In this document: piece by piece, positions 47,968-59,048 of the stretch
Layout: the number at the start of each line of letters is the position of its first letter
Position numbering within the stretch: the first letter of the stretch is position 1
NCBI GenBank assembly: GCA_905192935.1
Contig: CAJJMX010000001.1
Location: 35,837 to 99,836, forward strand
Reading direction: 5' to 3'
From: an uncultured Mailhella sp.
GTDB lineage: Bacteria; Desulfobacterota; Desulfovibrionia; Desulfovibrionales; Desulfovibrionaceae
DNA: 64,000 bases
Notes under the pieces: model-generated
What the model was told of the DNA's origin: nothing
Databases searched by the model: none
Seen by the model: only the letters and a program-made list of their open reading frames with translations
Position numbers and translations under genes: made by a program

Positions 47968-49968
47968 ATGATTCCCGCTTACATCAAAAAGTATCCCAAA
48001 CTGTTTGAACCGCTGACCATCCGCCGCGGCAGAACCGAGTTCGTGTTCAACAACCGCGTCATGATGTCCCCCGTGGGCATCTGCGCCACCGGCGGCGGCG
48101 CCGACAACGGCCGCATCAACATCTTCGGCGTGGACTACTGGACCGGCATCATCCGCGGCGGCTTCTCCTCCGTGTGCCTGCCCATGGAAATCCCCTCCAA
48201 CGGCAGTCATGAAGGCGTGTTCGATCTGAACCCCAAGAAGTGCAACTACATGAACATGCACCTGCTGCAGCGCTCGGTCCATGCCTACAACGGCAAGACC
48301 TTCGCCGAACTCATCCACGGCGGCCGCTGCATGACCCGTCCCGACGTGCCGCTCATCGGCGCGAGCGACTCCGAATATCAGGGCCGTCACGTGAAGGGCA
48401 TGGACGCCAAGGACATGCAGGACATCATCGACATGTGCGTGGACTTCGCCCATCAGGCCCGCCGCGCCGGCTTCGACGGCATCATGATCCACTTCGCCCA
48501 CGGCTGGCTGTTCCACGACTTCCTCTCCCCGCTCACCAACCACCGCACCGACGAGTTCGGCGGCTCCGTGGAAAACCGCTGCCGCTTCCCCATCATGGTG
48601 CTGAAGGCCGTGCGTGACGTCATCGGCGACGATCTTCTCATCGAACTGCGCCTCACCGGCAACGACGAAATGGAAGGCGGCATCACTCCTGAAGACGCCG
48701 CCCAGCAGGTTCTGCTGCTCCAGGACTATGTGGACATGATCCACATCAGCTGCGGCACCCGCATCGACGTGACCAGCCGTCCGCGCATGACCCCCACGAG
48801 CTTCTTCCCCACCGAACACAACGCCTACGCCAGCGAAATCGTGAAGAAGACCCCCGGCGTGCGCATCCCGATCGGCACCGTGGGCGCCATCGGCAACCCT
48901 GAACGCGCCGAAAAGCTGCTCGAAGAGGGCAAGGCCGACTACGTGCTCATCGCCCGCGCGGCCATCGCCGACAACGAATGGGTGAAGAAGATCAAGGAAG
49001 GAAGAGAAGACGACATCCGTCCCTGCCTGCGCTGCAACATGTGCCTCGATCACGGCCGCAGAAAGTCCAAGATCCAGGGCAAGGAACTCGTCATGGCCTC
49101 CGAAGTGAGCTTCGACCGCATGTGCGCCGTGAACCCCCTGTCCATGCAGGCCGCTTCCAAGAAGATGTTCCCCGCTCCCGAGCGCCGCAAGAAGGTCGTC
49201 GTGGTCGGCGGCGGCGTGGCCGGCATGAACGCCGCTCTGAGCGCCGCCAACCGCGGCCACGAAGTCACCCTGTACGAAAAGTCCGACAAGCTCGGCGGTC
49301 AGGCGCTTCTTTCCGACGGCATGTGGTTCAAGAAGGAAATGAAGGCCTACCACGAATGGCTGGAACGTCAGGTCCGCAAGAACCCCAACATCTTCGTGGT
49401 GCTCAACACCGAAGCCACTCCCGAGATGGTGTCCGACATCAACCCCGACGCCACCATCGTGGCCGTGGGCGCCAAGCAGATCGTTCCTCCCATCCCCGGC
49501 ATTGAAAAGGCCACCATGGCCTTCGACGTGTTCGGCAACGAAGACAAGGTGGGCAAGAAGGTCGTCATCATCGGCGGCGGCGACATCGGCTGCGAGCTCT
49601 CCATCCATCTGAGCGAGCGCGGCCATGACTGCACCGTGGTGGAACTCACCCACTTCCAGGCCGGCAACGCCGAACTGAGCATCCGCATGTCCATCCTCCA
49701 GTTCATGGAAAAGGACAACGTGACCACCCTGCTCGACACCAAGGCCACGGAAATCACCGACGAAGGCGTGTGGGTGGAGAACGAGGAAGGCAGAAAGCTC
49801 ATTCCTGCCGACACCGTCATCGTCTGCGTGGGCACCACGCCTCTGCGCGAGGAACGCGACAGCTTCAGGAACGTTTCCTTCGATGTCATCAACATCGGCG
49901 ACTGCAAGAAGGCCTCCAACATGCAGCACGCCATTGAAACCGGTTTTGACGCGGGCCTCATCCTGTAA
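47968..49968 (+). CDS. Fe-S flavoenzyme 1, NADH:flavin oxidoreductase (OYE barrel + 4Fe-4S + FAD/NAD domains; FadH/BaiCD-like architecture)
   Basis: YPKLFEP, AGFDG..HFAHGWLF..FLSP..NHRTDEFGGSVENR, CLRCNMC..C, GGGVAG and GGGDIG Rossmann motifs. Confidence 0.92.
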   Translation: MIPAYIKKYPKLFEPLTIRRGRTEFVFNNRVMMSPVGICATGGGADNGRINIFGVDYWTGIIRGGFSSVCLPMEIPSNGSHEGVFDLNPKKCNYMNMHLLQRSVHAYNGKTFAELIHGGRCMTRPDVPLIGASDSEYQGRHVKGMDAKDMQDIIDMCVDFAHQARRAGFDGIMIHFAHGWLFHDFLSPLTNHRTDEFGGSVENRCRFPIMVLKAVRDVIGDDLLIELRLTGNDEMEGGITPEDAAQQVLLLQDYVDMIHISCGTRIDVTSRPRMTPTSFFPTEHNAYASEIVKKTPGVRIPIGTVGAIGNPERAEKLLEEGKADYVLIARAAIADNEWVKKIKEGREDDIRPCLRCNMCLDHGRRKSKIQGKELVMASEVSFDRMCAVNPLSMQAASKKMFPAPERRKKVVVVGGGVAGMNAALSAANRGHEVTLYEKSDKLGGQALLSDGMWFKKEMKAYHEWLERQVRKNPNIFVVLNTEATPEMVSDINPDATIVAVGAKQIVPPIPGIEKATMAFDVFGNEDKVGKKVVIIGGGDIGCELSIHLSERGHDCTVVELTHFQAGNAELSIRMSILQFMEKDNVTTLLDTKATEITDEGVWVENEEGRKLIPADTVIVCVGTTPLREERDSFRNVSFDVINIGDCKKASNMQHAIETGFDAGLIL

Positions 49969-49992
49969 CCGGCACTCCCCCAATGTCCCCAT

Positions 49993-50042
49993 GCCCGTCC
50001 GCCGAAAGGCGGACGGGCGCAGGCCCCACGCAGCAGGCCTGC
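49993..50042 (+). repeat. Two intercistronic hairpins without U-tract between the reductase paralogs
   Basis: GCCCGTCCGCC-GAAA-GGCGGACGGGC, then GCAGGCC...GGCCTGC. Confidence 0.7.
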
Positions 50043-50088
50043 ATTCCCTAACGTACAGGAAGGCCCGCGCCTCAAAAGGAGTTTCTCC

Positions 50089-52068
50089 ATGAAGCCTATT
50101 TACAAGGAAAAATATCCGCACCTTTTTGAACCCATGTACGTGGGCAAGAACAAGGTCCGTTTCAACAACCGTGTTCTGGTCGGTCCCATGGGTTCCGGCG
50201 CCACCGGCGGCGGTGAAGACAGCGACGGCCGCATCAACACCTTCGGCATCGACTTCTGGATGCGCTACATCCAGGGCGGCTTCTCTTCCGTGGCCCTGCC
50301 CATGGAAGTGCCCATCGACGGCAGCCATGAACACATGTTCAACCTGAACCCCAAGACCTGCAACCAGATGAACTTCCAGCGCCTGCAGCGCGCCGTGCAC
50401 GCCTTCAACGGCAAGACCTTCGTGGAATTCATGCACGGCGGCCCCTACATGCGTGCGGGCTTCAAGAAAATCGCCGCCGACGATGAACCGCATCTGGGCG
50501 CCGTTGCCGCCACCAAGGGCGAACTGGAAGAAATCGCCGCCATGTTCGGCGAATACGCTCACTGGGCGCAGATCGCCAACTTCGACGGCATCATGCTGCA
50601 TTACGGCCACGGCTGGCTGTTCAACTACTTCCTCTCTCCGCTCACCAACCATCGTACCGACGAATTCGGCGGTTCCATCGAAAACCGCTGCCGCTTCCCG
50701 CTCATGGTCATCAAGGCCATCCGCGCCACCGTGGGCGACAGCATGCTCATCGAACTGCGCATGAACGGCAACGATGAGGCCGAAGGCGGCATCACTCCTG
50801 AAGAATGCGCCGAAGAAGTCAAGATCTTCCAGGATTACGTGGACATGGTGCACATCACCTGCGGTCACCGCGTGGACGCCATGACCCGTCCCAAGCAGTG
50901 CCCCACCGGCTTTGACCGCACGGCCCACAACGCCTACGCGAGCGAGATCGTGAAGAAGTCCGGCGTCAAGATCCCCGTGGGCACCATCGGCGGCATCTAC
51001 TCTCCCGAAGTCGCCGAAGAAGTGCTGGCCAAGGGTCAGGCCGACTACGTGCTCATGAGCCGCTCCGCCATGGCCGATCCTGAAATCATCAAGAAGGCCA
51101 AGGAAGGCAGAGAGGACGACATCCGTCCCTGCCTGCGCTGCAACTACTGCATGGACCACGGCCGCCGCGTGGCCATTTCCAAGGATCTGCACCTGCTCGC
51201 CTATCCGAGCTACGACCGTCAGTGCATGGTCAACCCCCTGCAGTTCCAGAGCGCCCAGAAGCTGCGCATTCCGCCGGCTGAACGTCAGAAGAAGGTCGCC
51301 GTCATCGGCGGCGGCGTGGCCGGCATGGAAGCGGCCCTGAGCTGCGAGAGAAGAGGCCACACCGTGGTGCTCTATGAAAAGACCGACCGTCTCGGCGGAC
51401 AGGCCCTGCTCTCCGATCCCATGTGGTTCAAGAAGGAAATGAAGCTGTTCCACGAATATCTGGAACGCCAGATCAAGAAGCGTCCGGCCATCACCGTGGT
51501 GTACAACACCGAAGCCACGCCCGAGATCATCGACGAGAACGACTTCGACGCCGTCATCGTGGCCGTGGGCGCGGAACAGATCGTGCCCCGCATCCCCGGC
51601 GTGGAGAAGGCCACGATGTCCTTCGACGTGTTCGGCCATGAAGACAAGGTCGGCAAGAAGGTCGTCATCATCGGCGGCGGCGCCATCGGCGTGGAACTCG
51701 GCATCCATCTGAACGGCCTCGGCCATGAATGCACCGTGGTGGAAATGGGCGAATTCATTGCCGCCAAGGCCCAGCTCACCGAGCGCACCGCCTATCTGAA
51801 CGCCATCAAGAAGTACAACGTGAAGACCATGGTGAACGCCCGCTGCACCGAGATCACCGACAAGGGCGCGACCGTGGAGACTCCCGAGGGCACGCAGCTG
51901 CTCGAAGCCGACACCGTCATCATCGCCGTGGGCACCAAGCCTCTCGTTGCTGAACGCGACAAGTTCATCGACACCGCCTTCGACGTCATCAACGTCGGCG
52001 ACTGCGTCGAGGCTTCCAGCATCGTGCACGCCGTGCATACGGGCTTCGACGCCGGCCTCACCCTCTAG
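50089..52068 (+). CDS. Fe-S flavoenzyme 2, tandem paralog of the preceding reductase
   Basis: HYGHGWLF..FLSP..NHRTDEFGGSIENR, CLRCNYC..C, GGGVAG, GGGAIG; colinear with gene 1. Confidence 0.92.
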   Translation: MKPIYKEKYPHLFEPMYVGKNKVRFNNRVLVGPMGSGATGGGEDSDGRINTFGIDFWMRYIQGGFSSVALPMEVPIDGSHEHMFNLNPKTCNQMNFQRLQRAVHAFNGKTFVEFMHGGPYMRAGFKKIAADDEPHLGAVAATKGELEEIAAMFGEYAHWAQIANFDGIMLHYGHGWLFNYFLSPLTNHRTDEFGGSIENRCRFPLMVIKAIRATVGDSMLIELRMNGNDEAEGGITPEECAEEVKIFQDYVDMVHITCGHRVDAMTRPKQCPTGFDRTAHNAYASEIVKKSGVKIPVGTIGGIYSPEVAEEVLAKGQADYVLMSRSAMADPEIIKKAKEGREDDIRPCLRCNYCMDHGRRVAISKDLHLLAYPSYDRQCMVNPLQFQSAQKLRIPPAERQKKVAVIGGGVAGMEAALSCERRGHTVVLYEKTDRLGGQALLSDPMWFKKEMKLFHEYLERQIKKRPAITVVYNTEATPEIIDENDFDAVIVAVGAEQIVPRIPGVEKATMSFDVFGHEDKVGKKVVIIGGGAIGVELGIHLNGLGHECTVVEMGEFIAAKAQLTERTAYLNAIKKYNVKTMVNARCTEITDKGATVETPEGTQLLEADTVIIAVGTKPLVAERDKFIDTAFDVINVGDCVEASSIVHAVHTGFDAGLTL

Positions 52069-52124
52069 TCGCTCTTCCTGACCGCGCATCCATTGCATGC
52101 GGCCGGGAAACATGACAGAATAAC

Positions 52125-52166
52125 AGACTCCGTGAACGGACAACGTTCACGGAGTCTATTTTTTTT
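52125..52166 (+). terminator. Strong terminator-like hairpin ending the reductase operon
   Basis: AGACTCCGTGAACG-gacaa-CGTTCACGGAGTCT-a-TTTTTTTT. Confidence 0.8.
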
Positions 52167-52182
52167 CGAAAGAGATCTGCCC

Positions 52183-54192
52183 ATGGAAGACATGATACTT
52201 CGCGAGATCGTCGTTCTCTTCATCCTCTCCATCATCGTTGTCCTTGTCTGTCTGCGCTTCCGCCTGCCTTCCATCGTGGGATTTCTGCTCACCGGCGTGC
52301 TGTGCGGTCCCTCGGCCCTCGGTCTCATCCCGAGTCCCGAAGCCGTGGACACCATGGCCGACGTAGGCGTCGCCTTCCTCATGTTCTCCATCGGCATGGA
52401 GCTTTCCGGCAAGGAACTCGTGAGGCTCAAAAAACCGCTTTTTCTGGGCGGTTCCTCCCAGGTTCTGCTCACCATGGCCTTCGTTTTCCTGCTCACCTTC
52501 TGGTGGAGCGGACCGAGACTCGGCATCGTGTACGGCTGCATGGTCACGCTTTCCTCCACGGCCATAGTGCTCAGCATCCTGCAGCAGAAGGCGCTTACGG
52601 AATCGCCGCAGGGACAGGTCTGTCTTGCCGTGCTCATCTTCCAGGATCTCGCCATCGTGCCCATGGTGCTCATCTTCCCCCTGCTCGCCGGAGGACTCGA
52701 GCTCGACACGAACTCCATGATCTTCGCCGTGGGCAAGGGCATCCTCGTCATCGGCGCCATCCTTCTCTTCGGCAAGTATCTGCTGCACCGTCTCATGTTC
52801 AGCGTGGTGAGCACGCGCAGCCGCGAACTCATGCTCATGACCACGCTCGGACTGTGCCTTGCCGTCGCGCTCATCACCTCGTGGCTCGGCCTTTCCCTCG
52901 CGCTCGGCGCCTTCCTCGCGGGCCTCATGATGGCGGAGTCGGAATACAGCCTGAACACGCTTGAGAGCATCATGCCCTTCAAGGAGGTGTTCTCCAGCAT
53001 CTTCTTCATCTCCGTGGGCATGCTGCTCGACATACGGTTCTTCCTCACGCATCTGCCCGTCATCTCGCTGTGCGCCGCGGCCATCATCATCGCAAAGATC
53101 CTCATGGTCGTTCCCGCCGTGCGCATCCTCAAGTATTCCATGCGCACCGCCCTGCTTGCCGCCTTCAGCCTTGCCCAGGTGGGAGAATTCTCCTTCGTTC
53201 TCGCCAAGTCCGCCCTCGGTCTCGAGCTCATCGGCAACGACGCCTATCAGGTGTTTCTGGCCTCCAGCATCCTGACCATGGTGCTTACGCCTCTGCTCAT
53301 CGGCGTCGCCCCGAAGGTGACGGCAAAAATTCTGAAGCGGCCAGACATGCAGACCGCGGAAGCCGCCACGGACGACGGCGAGCACGACGACGAAGAGACT
53401 TCCGGCGGCATCATCCGCGACGGAAGGCTTCTCAAGGATCATCTCATCATCATAGGCTTCGGCATCGGCGGTCAGATCATGGCCCACGGCGCAAAGCGCT
53501 GCGGCATTCCCTACATCATTTCGGAAATGAACCCCACCACCGTGGAAAAATACCGTGCCACCGAGCCCATACGCCACGGCGACGCCTCCTTCCCGCTGGT
53601 GCTCGAACATCTCGGCGCAGCCACGGCCCGGACCCTTGCCATCCTCACTTCCGATCCCGCCGGCAGCCGGGCCATCATCGCCAACGCCCGCGCCATGAAT
53701 CCTTCTCTGCACATCATCGTGCGCACGCGCTTTCTCGGCAATCTGAACTCCTACAAGGAAGTGGGCGCCAACGAAGTCATTCCTGAAGAGTTCGAAACCT
53801 CGCTGGAAGTGTTCGCCCGCGTGCTGAACCATTATCTCGTGCCGCGCCAGACCATAGACCAATACGTCTCCGCCATCCGCCGCGAAAACTACGGCATGCA
53901 GCGCCGTCTGGGCATGGGCGGCTCCATCATGGACAGTCTGCCCGATCTTCAGCTTGTGGCCTATGCCGTGGAAGAAGGTTCCCCCCTCGCGGGCAAGACC
54001 ATAGCCGAGGCCGCGCTGCGCAAGGAGCACGGCGTCACGGCGGCGGGCGTGCGCCGGGGAGATGTCATCAACAACAATCCCGATGCACAGACGCAGCTTC
54101 TGGCCGGGGACATCGTCTATCTGCTGGCTACGCAGGAATCGCTCACCAGGGCCGCACGGCTCTTCCATACCGAAGGCGGGAGCGCGGCCTGA
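52183..54192 (+). CDS. CPA2-family K+/H+ antiporter (KefC-like) with TrkA-N and TrkA-C domains
   Basis: LSSTAIV, IFQDLA, LGAFLAG, QVGEFSFV, IIIGFG, C-terminal RCK-C. Confidence 0.9.
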   Translation: MEDMILREIVVLFILSIIVVLVCLRFRLPSIVGFLLTGVLCGPSALGLIPSPEAVDTMADVGVAFLMFSIGMELSGKELVRLKKPLFLGGSSQVLLTMAFVFLLTFWWSGPRLGIVYGCMVTLSSTAIVLSILQQKALTESPQGQVCLAVLIFQDLAIVPMVLIFPLLAGGLELDTNSMIFAVGKGILVIGAILLFGKYLLHRLMFSVVSTRSRELMLMTTLGLCLAVALITSWLGLSLALGAFLAGLMMAESEYSLNTLESIMPFKEVFSSIFFISVGMLLDIRFFLTHLPVISLCAAAIIIAKILMVVPAVRILKYSMRTALLAAFSLAQVGEFSFVLAKSALGLELIGNDAYQVFLASSILTMVLTPLLIGVAPKVTAKILKRPDMQTAEAATDDGEHDDEETSGGIIRDGRLLKDHLIIIGFGIGGQIMAHGAKRCGIPYIISEMNPTTVEKYRATEPIRHGDASFPLVLEHLGAATARTLAILTSDPAGSRAIIANARAMNPSLHIIVRTRFLGNLNSYKEVGANEVIPEEFETSLEVFARVLNHYLVPRQTIDQYVSAIRRENYGMQRRLGMGGSIMDSLPDLQLVAYAVEEGSPLAGKTIAEAALRKEHGVTAAGVRRGDVINNNPDAQTQLLAGDIVYLLATQESLTRAARLFHTEGGSAA

Positions 54193-54193
54193 C

Positions 54194-55624
54194 ATGGCAG
54201 ACGGAAACGTTTCCGACACCGCTCTGGCCGCTCTCGATGAGGACGGACGCCGGGAATACTGGGCGGCGCTGGCCCTGCGGCATACCGCCGGTCTCGGCGC
54301 GCGGAGCACATGCCTGCTTCTTTCGCATTTCGGCTCGGCCTACGAGGCCGTGATGAACGTTCCGCAGTGGCCGGAAGCGGGCGTACCGGTGCAGAAGGCC
54401 GACGGCTACCTGAACAACGCCTGGAGACTCAAGGCCCGCCCCGAATGGGAGGCCTCGCGTACCCTTCGGGCCTCCATCATTCTGTGGACCGACAGACGCT
54501 ACCCTTCCCTGCTCAGGGAACTGCCCGACGCTCCCGCCCTTCTCTACGCCGCGGGCGACACCGCGCTCCTCGGCGCTCCCTGCGTGGCGGTGGTCGGATC
54601 CAGAAACTGCTCCGCCGCAGCCCTCGACTTCACCTCGGCCGTATCGGAAGAGCTGTCTCAGGCCGGGATCACCGTGGTTTCGGGCCTGGCCTTCGGCGCG
54701 GACGGCTGCGCTCACAGGGCGGCTCTGCACGGCCCCGGCCGTTCCATCGCCGTGCTGCCCGGAGGCGTGGACAAGGCCTTTCCCGCCGGACACAGGGCGC
54801 TTTATGAAAGCCTGGCCGGACAGGGGCTTCTCGTCAGCGAAATGCCGCCCGGCTGGGTACCCGGCCCCGGGGCCTTCCCCGTGCGCAACCGCATCATAAG
54901 CGGGCTTTCTCTCGGAGTTCTGGTCACGGAGGCCGTGCACGCGCGAAGCGGCAGCCTCATCACCGCCCACCTTGCGGCCGAACAGGGCAGAAACGTCTAT
55001 GTCCCTTCGCCGGACGCGCTGCGCGCCCCCTGCCGGGAAGGCACGAAGAAACTTCTTCTGGAAGGCGCACGGCCCGTTTTCTGTGCCGAAGACATTCTGG
55101 CCGACCTTCTTCCGCATCTCATGGGCTCCGCAGGACCGTTCACAGCCCCGGGGCGTGAGTCCGCCGCAGAGAAAGACGACGTTTCCGAAAGCCTCGCGGC
55201 CGAGGCACTCCGTCCGTCGCCTTCCGCTCCGAAGCGGCAGGCGAACCTGTCCCCCCGCACCCCGAAAAAGCCGGATTCCTCATACCCCGAAGCATCCGGG
55301 GAAAGGGCGGACGTTACCGACGAAAAACACGCAGACGCCCGCACCGGAACGGAGGAAGAACACGTTCCGGACATGGCGGCTCCGAATAAAATCAAGAAAC
55401 AGCCGCAGAGTGTGCCGCCGTCCGCTCCTCCGCTCACCGAAGAGGAGGAAACCATTCTTTCCCTGCTGAAAAAGGGACCTCTTACGCAAGATGAACTTCT
55501 CTACGCGGCTCAGGAAAAAAATCCTTCCTGGTCGAGCGCTTCGGTGAGCGCCGTGCTCATGATCCTGGAAGTGAAGAGACTCGCGCGCCGCCTCACCGAT
55601 ACCCGCTACGAGGCCAGAACATGA
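54194..55624 (+). CDS. dprA: DNA-processing protein DprA/Smf
   Basis: AVVGSR, VVSGLAFGAD, FPVRNRIISGLS, SGSLITA; low-complexity linker and C-terminal winged helix. Confidence 0.94.
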   Translation: MADGNVSDTALAALDEDGRREYWAALALRHTAGLGARSTCLLLSHFGSAYEAVMNVPQWPEAGVPVQKADGYLNNAWRLKARPEWEASRTLRASIILWTDRRYPSLLRELPDAPALLYAAGDTALLGAPCVAVVGSRNCSAAALDFTSAVSEELSQAGITVVSGLAFGADGCAHRAALHGPGRSIAVLPGGVDKAFPAGHRALYESLAGQGLLVSEMPPGWVPGPGAFPVRNRIISGLSLGVLVTEAVHARSGSLITAHLAAEQGRNVYVPSPDALRAPCREGTKKLLLEGARPVFCAEDILADLLPHLMGSAGPFTAPGRESAAEKDDVSESLAAEALRPSPSAPKRQANLSPRTPKKPDSSYPEASGERADVTDEKHADARTGTEEEHVPDMAAPNKIKKQPQSVPPSAPPLTEEEETILSLLKKGPLTQDELLYAAQEKNPSWSSASVSAVLMILEVKRLARRLTDTRYEART

Positions 55625-56598
55625 GCCGTCTTGCCGACATCACCGCGTCCCTGCCCGTTCCCGCAGCAACCTTCCTCGCCTGGATGGAATTTCAGAAGGG
55701 CGCGTCCGAGGCCACGGTGGAAGCCTACGCCGTGGACATCCTGGAATTCGAAACCTATCTGCACGGCATGGGAGCCTCTCTGGAGAGGCCTTCCGAGATC
55801 ACGCGGCAGATGGTGCAGGGCTTTTCCGCCTCGCTCTTCAGGCAGGGCATGGCCCGCTCGTCCATGGCGCGCAAGCTCTCGGCCCTTCGCTCGCTGTTCC
55901 GGCATCTTCTGCGTCTGCACAAGATAGAGACGGACCCCTGCGCAGGCGTGCGCAATCCCAAGCAGGATCAGCGGCACCCCGCCATGCTCAACGTGGATCA
56001 GGTCTTCAGCCTTCTGGACGAGACCGCAGAGGAAAAACATGCCGCCGCCTCGGAGACTCCGGACGCCAGCGAAATATTTCATCTCAGGGACATGGCACTT
56101 CTGGAGCTGCTCTACGGCTCGGGCCTGCGCATCTCCGAGGCGCTGGGGCTGGACGTGAACGACATCCGCCCCGAAAGCGGACACGTACAGGTCATGGGCA
56201 AGGGCGGCAAGGAACGCATCGTGCCGCTCAGCGACACCTGCATGGCGGCGCTCACCCGCTGGCTTGCCGTCAGAAACGACGTCCCCCCCGTGCACGGCGA
56301 GAGAGCCGCCTTTCTGGGACGCCGCGGCAAAAGACTCGACCGCCGTCAGGCCGCGCGCATCCTGGAAGAAAGAGCGGAAGAAGCAGGCATTCCGCAGCAC
56401 ATATCCCCGCATGATCTGCGCCACTCCTTTGCCACGCATCTTCTGGAAGGCGGCGCGGATCTGCGCGCCGTGCAGGAGCTGCTCGGCCACAGCCGCATAT
56501 CCACCACGCAGCGCTACACGCATCTCAACCTCGACGCCCTCACGCGCATCTACGACGCCGCCCATCCGCTGGCCGGTAAAAACGAAAAAAAATCCTGA
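55621..56598 (+). CDS. xerC: Chromosomal tyrosine recombinase XerC
   Basis: ELLYGSGLRISE, GKGGKERIVP, PHDLRHSFATHLL, LLGH, TQRY. Confidence 0.88.
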   Translation: MSRLADITASLPVPAATFLAWMEFQKGASEATVEAYAVDILEFETYLHGMGASLERPSEITRQMVQGFSASLFRQGMARSSMARKLSALRSLFRHLLRLHKIETDPCAGVRNPKQDQRHPAMLNVDQVFSLLDETAEEKHAAASETPDASEIFHLRDMALLELLYGSGLRISEALGLDVNDIRPESGHVQVMGKGGKERIVPLSDTCMAALTRWLAVRNDVPPVHGERAAFLGRRGKRLDRRQAARILEERAEEAGIPQHISPHDLRHSFATHLLEGGADLRAVQELLGHSRISTTQRYTHLNLDALTRIYDAAHPLAGKNEKKS

Positions 56599-56691
56599 CC
56601 GGCGGCTTCCATCCCCGCCCGCCGGTAAAACTTACGGCTCGCCCTCCGGTAGGGCCGCCTCCGCGTCCCGAAAAGCCGCCCCTTTTACCCA

Positions 56692-56720
56692 TTGCGCGCG
56701 GGACAAAGAAAGGGTAAACT
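56692..56720 (+). promoter_or_regulatory. Putative sigma70 promoter of coaX
   Basis: TTGCGC-17-TAAACT. Confidence 0.5.
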
Positions 56721-56753
56721 CTCTTGTCTTTTCTTTTCACGGGTGGTGCATGC

Positions 56754-58921
<2,168 letters not shown>

Positions 58922-59048
58922 GCATTCCGCGGGGAGGGTTTCCTCCCCGCGCCCTTCTCCGGCCCGGCTTTTTCCGGGCCTTTTTCAGCCGCTTCCGCGG
59001 CCCCTTCCGCCGTCTGCGCTTCTCACGGACGGCATGAGGATCATTGTC

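Noticed and set aside
46441..52143. 1900-aa antisense ORF spanning the transporter and both reductases
   Set aside because: Shadow of strong GC3 codon bias. The sense genes share one frame, so the stop-free antisense frame runs through. No recognisable domains.
46474..54192. Transporter, both reductases and the antiporter are all in one frame separated by single stops (TAA, TAA, TAG): possible read-through or pyrrolysine fusion
   Set aside because: Each protein is complete with its own start, two stops are TAA, and a terminator follows the TAG. Chance is sufficient.
55621..56598. Tyrosine recombinase as a phage or island integrase
   Set aside because: Xer-type size and motifs, coupled to dprA in a core context, with no att repeats or cargo.
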